The notes: generated from the sequence alone by a model not told the origin. Shown: positions 49,728-60,558, counted from the first letter of the stretch. The stretch is 64,000 nucleotides of DNA from Candidatus Heimdallarchaeota archaeon (GCA_011364965.1 RDOB01000003.1:160001-224000), one strand, 5' to 3'. Translations and numbers: made by a program.

Positions 49728-49787
49728 TCCAGCAAGAATACCGTGATATTCGTAGATTGGCACGTTCCAACTTATTCCTTCTTCTGC
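49728..49787 (-). pseudogene. Fragment resembling DUF1801/YdhG-like proteins
   Basis: AEEGISWNVPIYEYHGILAG with unrelated-looking flanks. Confidence 0.45.
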
Positions 49788-49848
49788 TTTTAGAATAGCG
49801 AGTTATAAAGTAAATATCACCCTGCATAGATGATTTTATAAACTCAGG

Positions 49849-50451
49849 ATGAATACTATGATTATGCGCAAGCCATTAATTACTACATTCAAAAAAGAGT
49901 TGTCATTAGAACAACGTGAAGAATTACTCAGAGTATTGAAAGCCCGTTTTGAGGAAAACATGAACCGCCATAAAGGTCTTGAATGGGCAAAAGTACATGC
50001 TAAGCTGGAAGCAAATACTGAAAAACTGTGGTCACTCAATGAAATGGAAAGAACTGGCGGTGAACCAGATGTTGTTGGTTATGATAAAAAAACAAGCGAA
50101 TACATTTTTTATGATTGTTCTGCGGAAAGTCCTAAAGGCCGAAGAAATGTTTGTTACGACCGTGAAGGGCAGGAAGCGAAGGAAAAGCGAGGGGTGCATC
50201 CAGAAGGTAACGTTATTGATATGGCAACGACCATGGGCATTGAGCTTTTAACGGAAGAGCAATATCGAGAGTTGCAGAAACTTGGAAATTTCGATACGAA
50301 GACGTCTAGCTGGGTGAAAACACCTTCTGATATTAGAAAACTCGGCGGTGCCATCTTTGCTGATCGCCGTTACGGCAATGTCTTCGTGTATCATAACAGT
50401 GCGCCTTCTTTCTACGGCGTTAGGGCGTTCCGTGGTTCGCTAAGGGTTTAA
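49849..50451 (+). CDS. DUF4256-family protein, bacterial-like
   Basis: LKARFE.NM.RH..LEW, MERTGGEPDVV, DCSAESPKGRR..CYD, KTSSW..TP..IR.LGGA…R.FRG.L.V. Confidence 0.88.
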   Translation: MNTMIMRKPLITTFKKELSLEQREELLRVLKARFEENMNRHKGLEWAKVHAKLEANTEKLWSLNEMERTGGEPDVVGYDKKTSEYIFYDCSAESPKGRRNVCYDREGQEAKEKRGVHPEGNVIDMATTMGIELLTEEQYRELQKLGNFDTKTSSWVKTPSDIRKLGGAIFADRRYGNVFVYHNSAPSFYGVRAFRGSLRV

Positions 50452-50625
50452 ATTTTGTTATCTAATATTTTCAATCCCATTCTTAGTGTATTATTTTCAT
50501 TGAATATCCTAGAGTAACTTACAATTAAAAAGTTCACAATAAACTCTATTTTCCAGAAAATCCGATTTATGGAAAATTTATCACTATTTTAAACAATTTA
50601 TCATTTATTTTGGAAACTCACACTA

Positions 50626-51045
50626 TCAATGATTACTAAATTCCAAAGAGAGGGAATTAATGCAGTATCTTAAACCACCCATTTCTTTAGGACCATCATT
50701 AAAAACATGTCCAAGATGACCTCCACAGGTTTTACATAATACTTCTTTTCTGATCATGCCATGGGAAGTGTCTTTTCGGGTGATGACAGTACCTTCCTCA
50801 TTATTGGCAAAACTTGGCCATCCGCAGTTCGAATGGAATTTCTGATCTGATTTGAAAAGTACAGTGCCACAACCTCCACATTTATATTCCCCTTGCTCAA
50901 AATGATTCCAAAATTTGCCTGAAAAAGCCTGCTCTGTACCAGATTGTCGTAAAACAAAAAATTGCTCTGGTGCGAGTATTTTTTTCCATTCATCATCAGT
51001 TGTTGGGATTTTTTTATCTTTTTTCATTTCAATTTGATTATTCAT
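50626..51045 (-). CDS. msrB: Peptide-methionine (R)-S-oxide reductase
   Basis: GTE.AF.G, CGGC, CGWPSF, CGGHLGHVF.DGP, RYCINS. Confidence 0.97.
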   Translation of the reverse strand: MNNQIEMKKDKKIPTTDDEWKKILAPEQFFVLRQSGTEQAFSGKFWNHFEQGEYKCGGCGTVLFKSDQKFHSNCGWPSFANNEEGTVITRKDTSHGMIRKEVLCKTCGGHLGHVFNDGPKEMGGLRYCINSLSLEFSNH

Positions 51046-51061
51046 GGTAAGTGTTTAAATC

Positions 51062-52417
51062 TCACTCTAAATTTCTCGTAGGATTATAATAAAGAATAGG
51101 GATTACGCATGGGAAGAGATCTGAGTTAATTGAATCACCACTTAGTAGATAAGGAGTATCAACGATATTATCGAAATCTAAATCTGGTTCGGTCCAATCG
51201 TTCCAATAATTAAATGAAATATTATTTTTCAATCCTAAATTGGTCCTATCTAGACCTTGGGATGTTCCAAGTGTCTCTGTTGGGTTGTTACTAATAAAAT
51301 TATTTCGATAAATGGTATTATTGCTGCTTAGTTCTAAAAATAATCCTAATTGAACAGAATGAACAACCAAATTTTGGTATATTACACAATCATTCGTGTT
51401 TAGAAGAGTGATTCCGCCAATTATGCTTTGAGAGATTGTATTTGCTATAATGGTACAATTATTAGAGTGTGATTCCAGATAGATTCCAAAATTATTTCCT
51501 ACAAATTGATTTTCAATTATCGTTACATTGTGTGAAAAGGAGAGGCCCAAGCCATAAATATCATTAGAAACGTTATTCTGCTTCACCAAGCTGTGAGGGG
51601 AATATCTCACGGTAATACCTTGGGTTCCAAAGCCCTCAATTCGATTAAACGTAATTTTGCTATAGGGTGAATCACTAATGGCGATAGAATGTGCATATTG
51701 ATTCCTTATTATTGAATTGTTTGTAATAGTATAGTATGAAGATCGGCCTACCTCGATACCTGCATAAGCGCTTTCATATACAGCATTTAATTGGATAATT
51801 GTGCCTTTCGACTCTGTTGTGTAAATACCATAATGTCCACTATAATTTACTGTATTTGATTGGATTATACAATTATTAGATTTTAAATGAACAGAAATTG
51901 CATCTTGTCCTGTATGTACAACTGTATTTTTACTTAAATTGCAATTTGGAGAATTCTCTATCCAAATCCCCACTTTTCTAGTATTTGAAACAGAGTTATG
52001 AGTAATCAATCCCTCATTCACTTGACTAAAAAAAATCCCATTTTCACTAGCACCTTGTATAGAGTTTGCTTTGACTTCAACATTTGAAACATTCAATAGA
52101 TATAAGCCATATGAACCATTAGTTAGAATATTTCCTTCAACACGAAAATAAACCCGTGTGTGCTGAATATCAATTAACTTTCCAGACGGTGCGGATAAAT
52201 TCAAACCCATAATTATATATGGGGTTTCTTTTGAGCCACTACCAAGCCACTCTTCTTCCAGAGCAACTGATTTAAATTCATTATCCCCCCTTATTGAAAT
52301 CTGGTCTTGAACTGTTGCATCGCTATCAGGCAAAGATATTAAAAAAATTATGAGTCCAACAGACATCGTCATTAGTAATATTATACCGATTCCAATTTGA
52401 ATTTTTCTAAAAATCAT
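51062..52417 (-). CDS. Membrane-anchored right-handed parallel beta-helix (NosD-like) protein
   Basis: N-terminal TM; GSGSKETPYII; repeated GI.L..S.N..I..N; NYWND..PD.D…IVD.PY. Confidence 0.88.
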   Translation of the reverse strand: MIFRKIQIGIGIILLMTMSVGLIIFLISLPDSDATVQDQISIRGDNEFKSVALEEEWLGSGSKETPYIIMGLNLSAPSGKLIDIQHTRVYFRVEGNILTNGSYGLYLLNVSNVEVKANSIQGASENGIFFSQVNEGLITHNSVSNTRKVGIWIENSPNCNLSKNTVVHTGQDAISVHLKSNNCIIQSNTVNYSGHYGIYTTESKGTIIQLNAVYESAYAGIEVGRSSYYTITNNSIIRNQYAHSIAISDSPYSKITFNRIEGFGTQGITVRYSPHSLVKQNNVSNDIYGLGLSFSHNVTIIENQFVGNNFGIYLESHSNNCTIIANTISQSIIGGITLLNTNDCVIYQNLVVHSVQLGLFLELSSNNTIYRNNFISNNPTETLGTSQGLDRTNLGLKNNISFNYWNDWTEPDLDFDNIVDTPYLLSGDSINSDLFPCVIPILYYNPTRNLE

Positions 52418-52681
52418 GTTTACTCTTCTTCTATTTATAATTTGGATTTTAAAAAATAAATCCTTTGTATAGGAGATAAGAAAATAAACTCTAACTTATT
52501 TTTAAATTCCTTTCATGTCTTTGGATAAATATTTAACAATTTATGAAATTTAGAAAGGAATCTTTAATTAAAAAAGCTATGATGATTGTATATTGCTAGG
52601 AATGTTTTTATTTTAAATGAGGATTGCATAGAGAATCCATATTTCATGGATTAATGAATAAAGGTGAACAAGATGGATACT

Positions 52682-52702
52682 ATTGGAGGAGACTCCTCCA
52701 AT
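52682..52702. terminator. Perfect inverted repeat ATTGGAGGAG-A-CTCCTCCAAT directly after the DUF2804 stop codon
   Basis: 10-bp arms, 3 nt past the stop. Confidence 0.55.
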
Positions 52703-52705
52703 TCT

Positions 52706-53731
52706 TTACCACCGCCAAAATATGTCTTCAGCATGGCCAAGCAAATTAGAAATTTGGATTTTTTCACCATCATCGAGAACTACTTCTCCGTGATACAAAC
52801 CATGCAGGATTGACGAATTCAAGTAAATAATCCCAAAATTCAATTTCTCACGGAAAGGGAGAATGGGAGACAACTCCATTTCAAATCGATTGTCATTTGA
52901 AGTAAATGTCCACGATTGAGTAGGATCGCGATTTTGATGGTGAAAAGTTACTTCATCGAGTTTATGGGCTTTACCATCGTAAAAAATTATGTTTTCGGTA
53001 TGTGTTGATAAATCTCCAAATCCATAGCCAATATTAAATGCAACTGGAACCCCATCTAGTAATCCACAAGCAGAACCCCATAACCAGTGAGTTTTATAAG
53101 GCCAAATCCCTCGGCCCCAATCCATTAAGCCGAAAGAGGATTCGGGTTCAAATGAATATTCTTGGTTTCCTATTTGAAGAGTTCCTGTGGCTGGCATGAA
53201 ATTAATTTTGTGATTATAATAAAATAGACGTGAATCTTGTTCATATCCAGTTACAACAACCGTATTATCCATCTGAGGCTTATCAGTGAGAGTAATATTC
53301 CCTTTTATGCCTTTCTTTCGGAAAGTAGGATCATCAATTGATAAAATTCTTTGATTACCTCTTTTTTCAATAGTAGCTTGAAATTTATTTGTGGGAAATT
53401 CTACAATACTATCATCAAGAGAACTACGAGGCAGTAATTTAGAAAGAGTAAAGAATTTGAATATACCTCTTCCATCTCGCTCTTTATGTTTGAAATCTAA
53501 CCAAACATAACTCATCTGCGTAAGATATCCTATGTCTCCAATTGTGAGTTGGAATCCAAAATCCTTGTTTAAAATCGAATAGTGATCCCATTCTTTAATT
53601 CGAGTCCATTTTTTCCCAATGTTTTCTTTATTATACTTTAAGATAGGCTTTCTAGCCCATCCACGTTGTAATAGTGATCCATCTTCTTTAAAAAGGTTCG
53701 AACTTTCGATTATCTCATTTTGCAGTCCCAT
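52706..53731 (-). CDS. DUF2804-family protein
   Basis: GWAR.P, RIKEWD.Y, FYYNHKIN, DWGRG.WPY.T.W.W, TEN.IF.DG..HKL, GHAE…RW. Confidence 0.85.
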   Translation of the reverse strand: MGLQNEIIESSNLFKEDGSLLQRGWARKPILKYNKENIGKKWTRIKEWDHYSILNKDFGFQLTIGDIGYLTQMSYVWLDFKHKERDGRGIFKFFTLSKLLPRSSLDDSIVEFPTNKFQATIEKRGNQRILSIDDPTFRKKGIKGNITLTDKPQMDNTVVVTGYEQDSRLFYYNHKINFMPATGTLQIGNQEYSFEPESSFGLMDWGRGIWPYKTHWLWGSACGLLDGVPVAFNIGYGFGDLSTHTENIIFYDGKAHKLDEVTFHHQNRDPTQSWTFTSNDNRFEMELSPILPFREKLNFGIIYLNSSILHGLYHGEVVLDDGEKIQISNLLGHAEDIFWRW

Positions 53732-53767
53732 ATATACTTCCTCAAAATTGGTGATTGTTTCTGATAT

Positions 53768-53980
53768 TCAGTCCATATCTAATAGTTCAGATTTAATTTT
53801 AGAAAATGATCCTTTTATCTCTCTTTGCCAAGCTGGTAACTTTACCCTTTCATCAAAAAATGCTCGTTGGAAGACTCCTTCTATGAATCCGATTCTCTCT
53901 TCACCGTAACCCAATTGTAGCAAATAGTGTAAAAACTCTAGAAAAAATGGGTTAAATTTGACTGAGTGTGTTTTGGTCAA
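53768..53980 (-). CDS. Small hypothetical protein
   Basis: GAGGT SD before TTG; directly upstream of DUF2804 and co-oriented. Confidence 0.5.
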   Translation of the reverse strand: MTKTHSVKFNPFFLEFLHYLLQLGYGEERIGFIEGVFQRAFFDERVKLPAWQREIKGSFSKIKSELLDMD

Positions 53981-54446
53981 AAGGATCTACCTCAAAACAA
54001 AGATTTCTAGTTTCATCTAGAGGAGAAAATTAGAACTGATGAAAACGAAGAATATTAAAAAGGTGTTGAATAAGAACGCGAAGAATCAATTCTTCATATA
54101 TTAGATAGGAGGATCATCATGAGTACCTACAACTTGGAGTTTAAATTTTTATAAAGGGGGAACTAGAAAAATAAACACTAGCCTAAATGCAGCTGTAAAA
54201 CTAGCTACTCAAAAATTTGAATCTATTAGTTAAATTCCACCATTAAATAGATTTGAAACTCTGCCAGTAAAATATTTTCACAATTAATAGATTTTCTCAT
54301 ATCGTGTAAAGGATGTTTTCTTTATTAAATTTTTGAAGGTTTAATCTTTATCCTCATCAAGATTACTTCTAGACTTGGGATTGAATAATCTCATCCCTTT
54401 TTTAGGGTTAAATACACTAAGTAGATAGATAAATAACATCCAAATA

Positions 54447-54644
54447 TTATATCTTAAGTAGTGTGATTGGACCATCATATTTAAGAATCCGTGTGAGAAT
54501 TTCATCAAAATTAAAGGAATTAGGATCATTTTTATATATGAATTCATCATTAGATTTAAAAAAACAGCTCTCTGAAAAACACAAGGTTACTCCTGTTATA
54601 TCATCAGAGATTTGTTCAGGAATGCAATATGCAGGTTGACTCAT
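54447..54644 (-). CDS. Small hypothetical protein or gene remnant
   Basis: AAGGTGA SD before ATG; 65 aa, no recognisable motif. Confidence 0.35.
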   Translation of the reverse strand: MSQPAYCIPEQISDDITGVTLCFSESCFFKSNDEFIYKNDPNSFNFDEILTRILKYDGPITLLKI

Positions 54645-55039
54645 TAGCGATTATCACCTTTTTTTTAGTAATTTCTCTTCTTTCTTATAATTTTTGAACC
54701 GAGAGGTAGATTTCTAAGAATTATTGCAGTTATCAATAAAAATATGAAATCTAATGTGCTGAAAACCGTTCAAATGCTTTAGAATATAAGGAGGATGGAA
54801 AAGGAACAAATAATGTTTCTTTTTTTGCTTTATATATCAATAGTTTTGATTATTAGAAATTTTTAACTCTTAATATGTTACATTTGACTTCCTAATACTC
54901 ATGTACGTCTAATTTCCTAAAGATTATAATCAATTTCCTCAATCACAATTCTGTAGAATATATAAATAGACTGAATAGAATGCCCTGATTTAGCCTATAA
55001 AAGCTTTGATACGTTTTTCGGTCCATAAGAGGAATTATT

Positions 55040-55726
55040 ATGAGTGAAGTATTAATAAAAACTGATTTTTTGGGAAAAGATTATGTTACAGGTGAAGTTA
55101 CCGTCAATGCTCTAAAAGAAGTCAATTTGAGTGTAGAGAAAGGAAAATTTGTTGTAATCATTGGACCTTCTGGATGTGGGAAAACAACCTTGTTAAACCT
55201 AATTGGTGGAATTGATAGACCTTCAGAAGGATCGATAACTGTCGGTGCTAAAGTGATAACCAATATGTCTGAAAAAGAGTTGACTGGATTTCGGAAAGAA
55301 GATATAGGTTTTATTTTTCAATTTTATAATTTAATTCCTGCACTAAATGCTCTGGAAAATGTTGAATTATCAGCTAGACTGAAATTTCCCAAGGATGCAT
55401 ATGAAAGATCTCTCGAAATGCTTAAAAGAGTAGGATTGGAAGAAAAAATCAATAAATACCCATCTCAACTTTCAGGTGGTGAGCAGCAACGAGTTGCTAT
55501 TGCTCGTGCTTTAGCCAAAGAACCAAAAGTTGTATTAGCCGATGAACCAACTGGAAATCTTGATTCTAAAACAGGTAAGGCAATTATTAATTTAATGTTG
55601 GATATATGCAGAAATCAGAAAACAACATTCTTAATTGTAACCCACGATGTGTCAATTTCGGAACTCGCGGATCAGATAGTTCATTTACAGGATGGGCAAG
55701 TTATCAAAACTTCAGCTATCTTTTAG
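55040..55726 (+). CDS. ABC ATP-binding protein (LolD/MacB-like)
   Basis: [47 protein letters not shown]. Confidence 0.95.
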   Translation: MSEVLIKTDFLGKDYVTGEVTVNALKEVNLSVEKGKFVVIIGPSGCGKTTLLNLIGGIDRPSEGSITVGAKVITNMSEKELTGFRKEDIGFIFQFYNLIPALNALENVELSARLKFPKDAYERSLEMLKRVGLEEKINKYPSQLSGGEQQRVAIARALAKEPKVVLADEPTGNLDSKTGKAIINLMLDICRNQKTTFLIVTHDVSISELADQIVHLQDGQVIKTSAIF

Positions 55727-55746
55727 GATCCAAATAAGGTGGTTAT

Positions 55747-58185
55747 ATGACACGTACACGATTCTTATCACTAAAGAAAGTTTATCGAGATATTTTTCGG
55801 CACAAAAGTCGTACTTTTCCTATACTTCTATTAATAGTATTTGGAACTGCTTTTGGCATTGCATTCCTCCAAATGGGTGTAAATTTAAAATTAACAAATG
55901 ATTCAATTAATGAATCAATGGAAATGGGAGATATCTGGTTTGGGACGCGTCCATTTGATAATAGTGTTTTCAATGCAACCTTAATTGATAAATGGAATCA
56001 AACAGGGTTTATTGAAGCTGTACAGGCACGGATATTTATTACTGGATATGTTTTGCTTCCTGATGATGTTAAAATTCCTGTTGATATCATTTCTCTACCC
56101 AATTCGACTAGAGCTGCTGTTAATGATATAATAATACCTGAAAACACCTATTTTACGAATTTTCCTGAAATAAAAGATGGAGCATATGTTTCTGAACCCT
56201 ATCTTCCTCAATTCGGTTGGAAGCAAGATCAAACACTTCAAATTCAAACAACAAGTGATGGGAATTTGAAAAATTTCACTCTCACAATACTCGGAGGACA
56301 ATTTAGTGCAGAATATCCATTCAGGAAAAGTGATTACTCTAAACTTAATTTAATCTCCGATCTTATTATTAAACTCAACATCTATGTTCGTGAGGATTAT
56401 CTCCAACAAGAATTGTTTAATGGTCTTCCAGTTTATAACCAAATTGTTTTAAAGCTAAAAGACTCAAACAAGATCCAATCTATCGTTGAAGAAGTATCTG
56501 CATCCAGATTTTCAAAAGAATATATTTTCACAGTATCAGAGTTTCCACGATTTCTCAAAGATATGCCCACAATGATCGAGTTAATAGGTTCTGTGTTTGC
56601 TGGATTTATTCTTTTGTTAGCTTCCTTTTCAATATATTTAACGGTGAATCGATTTATAGAAGAAGAGAAACCTCAAATTGGAGTCTTAAAAGGACTGGGA
56701 TATGGAAATGAATATGTTCTACGACAATATCTTCTTTACGGAGTTTTTTTCGCAATAATTGGTATAATTCCTGGAATTATTCTTGGATATATCTTAGACT
56801 TAGTAATTGTTCTAATGATCTCTGAAATCATGTTTTCCTGGCCTTTTACTGTCCAAATAGTTACGCTGGAGTTTATTTTAATAATGCTAATCTCAGTTTC
56901 CATTACAACAACACTCGCTTGTTTTCTATCAGCCCGTACTGCAGTTAAAATTTCTCCCCAAGCAGCAATAAGACCAAATATTTCACTTACTCTGAGCTCG
57001 AAATCTAAGATCGAGAGAATACTTGAATTGATTTCCCGAAAGCGACTACTTCCTGAAATAAAGTATTTCTTACGTGTTGTCTTTCAAAAACCCAAGAAAA
57101 CTATTTTTTCACTTACAGCACTGAGTAGTGCAGTTGCTTTATTTGTCATGATGACCAGTTTCGTAGTTGCGATAAACAGCGGAACAGATGCAGTATTAGA
57201 AGCTGAATTATGGGATTTGAATTTTGAGCTCTCTCGTCCAGTAAGCTTCCAAAATGTTAAAAATAATTTAATGAGCAATGTAACCTTAACTGATTTTGAT
57301 ATTGAGCCAGCATTCACAGATTTTGCGAAAATTAAGGTAGAAAAAGACTTGGAAATTTGGACTAATATCATATTCTATGGTATTCGGACAAATACCTCTA
57401 TGAAAGATTTTGAGAGGAATTTATTCTCTCAAAATAATTCACTGATTATATCACCCGATATAGCAAAAATATTCAATATTGAAGAAGGAGAATCCTATTC
57501 ACTAATTGGACGCAATAATACAGAGGTTACAATAGTAGTACAGACAATACTGACTAAAAATTCCTTATCGGGCTTTTTTGTTCCTCTAGAGTTAGCCATG
57601 ATTTTATCATTTGGAGATTTGAGCTTAGAACAAGCAAATATTTTATTAGTAGCCTCTGATAATCCAGCTGCTCTTTCAGAGGTGAAAGATATATTAGAGG
57701 AAGAGGATTACGTTCAGAACGTGATCACCGTAGATTCTTTAGTGGCATCTATTCGCTCATTCATTGATATAATGATCATTGGCTTTCTACTATTTGAATT
57801 CGGAGCTGCACTAATGGCTGCTATTATTATATTTGGGATTATGTCTATAGCCACAGCAGAGAGGAAGAATGATTTTGCTGTAATGAAAGCACTGGGTATT
57901 AATAACAAGCGTATATATCAAATATCATTTACTGAAACTTCAGTCTTAACTATTATAGCAGGAGTAGTTGGATTCATTTTAGGGATCTTATTAGCTATCA
58001 CTCTTACTGAGTGGATTAAAAACATACTCTCAACGACAATGGCGCCTATTTCCACTTCAATAGTAGATTTCATCATAGCTCTCATTTTTGCTTCCGTTAC
58101 GCTTTACTTAGGGCAATTCATGGCTCTTAGAATCGCCTTGAAACAAAGTATTTCAGAAGTTACGAAGGATAAACTCTTTGCTTAG
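55747..58185 (+). CDS. FtsX/MacB-type ABC permease (duplicated)
   Basis: Two FtsX halves: E..QIGVLKGLGY and ER..FAVMKALG. Confidence 0.9.
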   Translation: MTRTRFLSLKKVYRDIFRHKSRTFPILLLIVFGTAFGIAFLQMGVNLKLTNDSINESMEMGDIWFGTRPFDNSVFNATLIDKWNQTGFIEAVQARIFITGYVLLPDDVKIPVDIISLPNSTRAAVNDIIIPENTYFTNFPEIKDGAYVSEPYLPQFGWKQDQTLQIQTTSDGNLKNFTLTILGGQFSAEYPFRKSDYSKLNLISDLIIKLNIYVREDYLQQELFNGLPVYNQIVLKLKDSNKIQSIVEEVSASRFSKEYIFTVSEFPRFLKDMPTMIELIGSVFAGFILLLASFSIYLTVNRFIEEEKPQIGVLKGLGYGNEYVLRQYLLYGVFFAIIGIIPGIILGYILDLVIVLMISEIMFSWPFTVQIVTLEFILIMLISVSITTTLACFLSARTAVKISPQAAIRPNISLTLSSKSKIERILELISRKRLLPEIKYFLRVVFQKPKKTIFSLTALSSAVALFVMMTSFVVAINSGTDAVLEAELWDLNFELSRPVSFQNVKNNLMSNVTLTDFDIEPAFTDFAKIKVEKDLEIWTNIIFYGIRTNTSMKDFERNLFSQNNSLIISPDIAKIFNIEEGESYSLIGRNNTEVTIVVQTILTKNSLSGFFVPLELAMILSFGDLSLEQANILLVASDNPAALSEVKDILEEEDYVQNVITVDSLVASIRSFIDIMIIGFLLFEFGAALMAAIIIFGIMSIATAERKNDFAVMKALGINNKRIYQISFTETSVLTIIAGVVGFILGILLAITLTEWIKNILSTTMAPISTSIVDFIIALIFASVTLYLGQFMALRIALKQSISEVTKDKLFA

Positions 58186-58252
58186 AAAAAATCTTCTATG
58201 ATATCCATAGACCTTTAAAAAAGATTTGAAATTTCAAATCCACCTCGAATTA

Positions 58253-59626
58253 TTAATGTTTTATATTATTAGTTGGAGTAGCTAGGATATTATAATCGGA
58301 ATAGATATATATTAACCCTTTAGGATTTTCCTGGATAAATTTATCCACAAAATTTCTTAAAGTTAGTTGAGGGTCGAAACCAGCCTTCAATGGTTGAACA
58401 CGAAAAATATCTTTGAGTAAAGATGAATTCATTTCAGAATAAACGTATAGTTGACCTTTGGTCAGTTGCAGTACTCGGAATATGTCTACTGCGTTTTGTA
58501 TCCCAATTTCAAACGTGGTTGAGCTACATTTTTCTTTAATAATCCATTGCATAGCTTCTAAATACGGCTTGTTTTGGACTTCTCGCATGGTATTAAGATA
58601 GTCTTGGGGCCCAACTCCCTCAACACATCCTGCAAGGAGAACAATGCATCCACCCTCTTTAACTGCATGACTAGCAGCATTAATGCCTTTTCCTGCTTGA
58701 TAGAAATTGATTGATGGCTTTGATATTATTACAAGATCAGCTTTTTCCGAAATCTGCACATCACGTATTATGGACAAGGCTTCTAATGCATTATCATGAA
58801 TGGCAATAGGATTTCCAGCCTTAATACTGATAAAATTTCCAGATTCCATGATAGAATCAATAACAAAAACAGAATGTCCTACTGATTCCAATTTCAATAC
58901 AATATCTCTAATATCTTCTATGCAAATATTCTCCTTAATATTCCCCATTCGGCATTCAGATTTAAATCCAGTTGTCATATCAAATATTCGTGAGTGATTG
59001 ACCCGAACAGTGTTTCTTGAGCTCACTCCAGGCACAAAGAGTTTTACACTTCCTGCTACTCCAGCAAAATAATGATATTCACTATCGCTTAGGGGAATGA
59101 TAATACTACTATCTAATGCTCGTTTATCTATCTGAATAGGAGTTTCATGTGAAGAAAAACCCATTTGAATATGATTTATCATGTCATCACAGTTGTGAAC
59201 CCAGATTTTATCCTTCCATCTATCAAATAATGCCCCCAATATATGAGATCGAATCCGAGTGTCTGTTGGAGGAGTATGAGTCCCAGTGGCTATTAGTAGC
59301 CATATATCTTGTTTATCTACTCCGTAACCTAAAAGAGCTTTCTCTAAATATGGGAGAAGAGCTCTTGTGTGTATATTTGGACGCGTGTTATCATCAATTA
59401 AAATCACAATGGGTTTCTTAGTTTTACGATATTTTAAATGAACAAGTTCTTTAAGATTAGGAGAATCTATGGCATTTTCTATTGCATGTTTAAATGCTAA
59501 AGGAAGATTATTTAAAGGAGCAACTCTGGGAATTTTCAGATATTTATAGTTGGCATTCCGAGGAATAAAATGTGAAATTTGTGTTGCCTCGTAATAAATT
59601 GGAGTATCTGCAAAATTTTTTATCAT
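58253..59626 (-). CDS. larA: LarA-family (nickel-pincer) racemase/epimerase
   Basis: DDNTRP, ATGTH, HYFAG..G..K…PG, NH, NFYQAGKG, GC.EG.G; substrate unknown. Confidence 0.82.
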   Translation of the reverse strand: MIKNFADTPIYYEATQISHFIPRNANYKYLKIPRVAPLNNLPLAFKHAIENAIDSPNLKELVHLKYRKTKKPIVILIDDNTRPNIHTRALLPYLEKALLGYGVDKQDIWLLIATGTHTPPTDTRIRSHILGALFDRWKDKIWVHNCDDMINHIQMGFSSHETPIQIDKRALDSSIIIPLSDSEYHYFAGVAGSVKLFVPGVSSRNTVRVNHSRIFDMTTGFKSECRMGNIKENICIEDIRDIVLKLESVGHSVFVIDSIMESGNFISIKAGNPIAIHDNALEALSIIRDVQISEKADLVIISKPSINFYQAGKGINAASHAVKEGGCIVLLAGCVEGVGPQDYLNTMREVQNKPYLEAMQWIIKEKCSSTTFEIGIQNAVDIFRVLQLTKGQLYVYSEMNSSLLKDIFRVQPLKAGFDPQLTLRNFVDKFIQENPKGLIYIYSDYNILATPTNNIKH

Positions 59627-59742
59627 ACTAAACCGACAACCGAATAAAATTCCTAAAAGTTTTAAGATTTATTTATACACGTCTCTAAGGCACTAAATTA
59701 GAAACAGCATTCTGAAATAAGTGGATCCATTATGAATTTAAC

Positions 59743-60315
59743 GTGGGAAAAAGAATGGTACGAGCTTTTATTTGTGTGGAAATTACAGATAAAGAAGTTT
59801 TGACTGTAATAGGAAATATTATTACTCAATTAAAAAGAATTCAAGGTGTTAAACCAGTAAAACCAAATCAAATGCATTTAACTTTAAAATTCCTAGATGA
59901 GATCACAGAAAAGCAGATTCATCAAATCAAAGAAATTCTAAATTCATGGCAAGATGAGAAGTTTGAGCTTTCACTTGAAGGGATTGGATGTTTTCCAAGT
60001 CTAAAAAGAATAAGAGTGATCTGGATTGGAATTAAAGAGGGTAAAGACACTTTGATTCGATTTGCAACAAAAATTGATTCAGAATTGGGAAAAATCGGAT
60101 TCCCAAGAGAAACACGGTCTTTTACTCCTCATTTAACTCTGGCACGTATCAAATATTTAAAGAATCATGACAAACAGGGATTAATTAGATTGATTCAAGA
60201 ATTTGAACAGATAAACGCTGGAAAACAAATTATTCAGAAGATTATCTTGATGAAAAGCACCCTCACTCCGAGTGGGGCTATATACGAAGTTCTTCATTCA
60301 GTATCCTTAAGTTAA
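59743..60315 (+). CDS. thpR: RNA 2',3'-cyclic phosphodiesterase (2H phosphoesterase)
   Basis: RAFI, HLTLKFL, RVIWIG, FTPHLTLAR, STLTPSGAIY. Confidence 0.95.
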   Translation: MGKRMVRAFICVEITDKEVLTVIGNIITQLKRIQGVKPVKPNQMHLTLKFLDEITEKQIHQIKEILNSWQDEKFELSLEGIGCFPSLKRIRVIWIGIKEGKDTLIRFATKIDSELGKIGFPRETRSFTPHLTLARIKYLKNHDKQGLIRLIQEFEQINAGKQIIQKIILMKSTLTPSGAIYEVLHSVSLS

Positions 60316-60387
60316 AATTATGAATATAGTCCACTCTCTGAAAAATGCTTGAAAGAGTATGAATCCCGTATTGGATCACTTAAAAAT

Positions 60388-60558
60388 CTAATTTTTCCTA
60401 TCTTTTTGCGCTACTGCTGAAATAGATTGACTGTATGCCAATTTCCTACAGTCATTACACAAATGTTTGCTTGGATCAGTAGGATTAGGATGAACCTCTA
60501 CACTTGGGGATTCTATGCGGCCACAGCGGTCACATGAATAACGTTTCCCGATTTTCAT
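60388..60558 (-). CDS. 56-aa zinc-finger protein, below the ORF-track cutoff (MKIGKRYSCDRCGR…HLCNDCRK…)
   Basis: Translated by hand: two CxxC pairs; GGTTGAG SD-like site before ATG. Confidence 0.7.
   Translation of the reverse strand: MKIGKRYSCDRCGRIESPSVEVHPNPTDPSKHLCNDCRKLAYSQSISAVAQKDRKN

Noticed and set aside
49597-49827. 76-aa ORF in the track
   Set aside because: It overlaps two better-supported gene fragments in other frames and has no protein-like features
50626-51045. Possible selenoprotein MsrB
   Set aside because: The catalytic residue is Cys (RYCINS); no in-frame TGA
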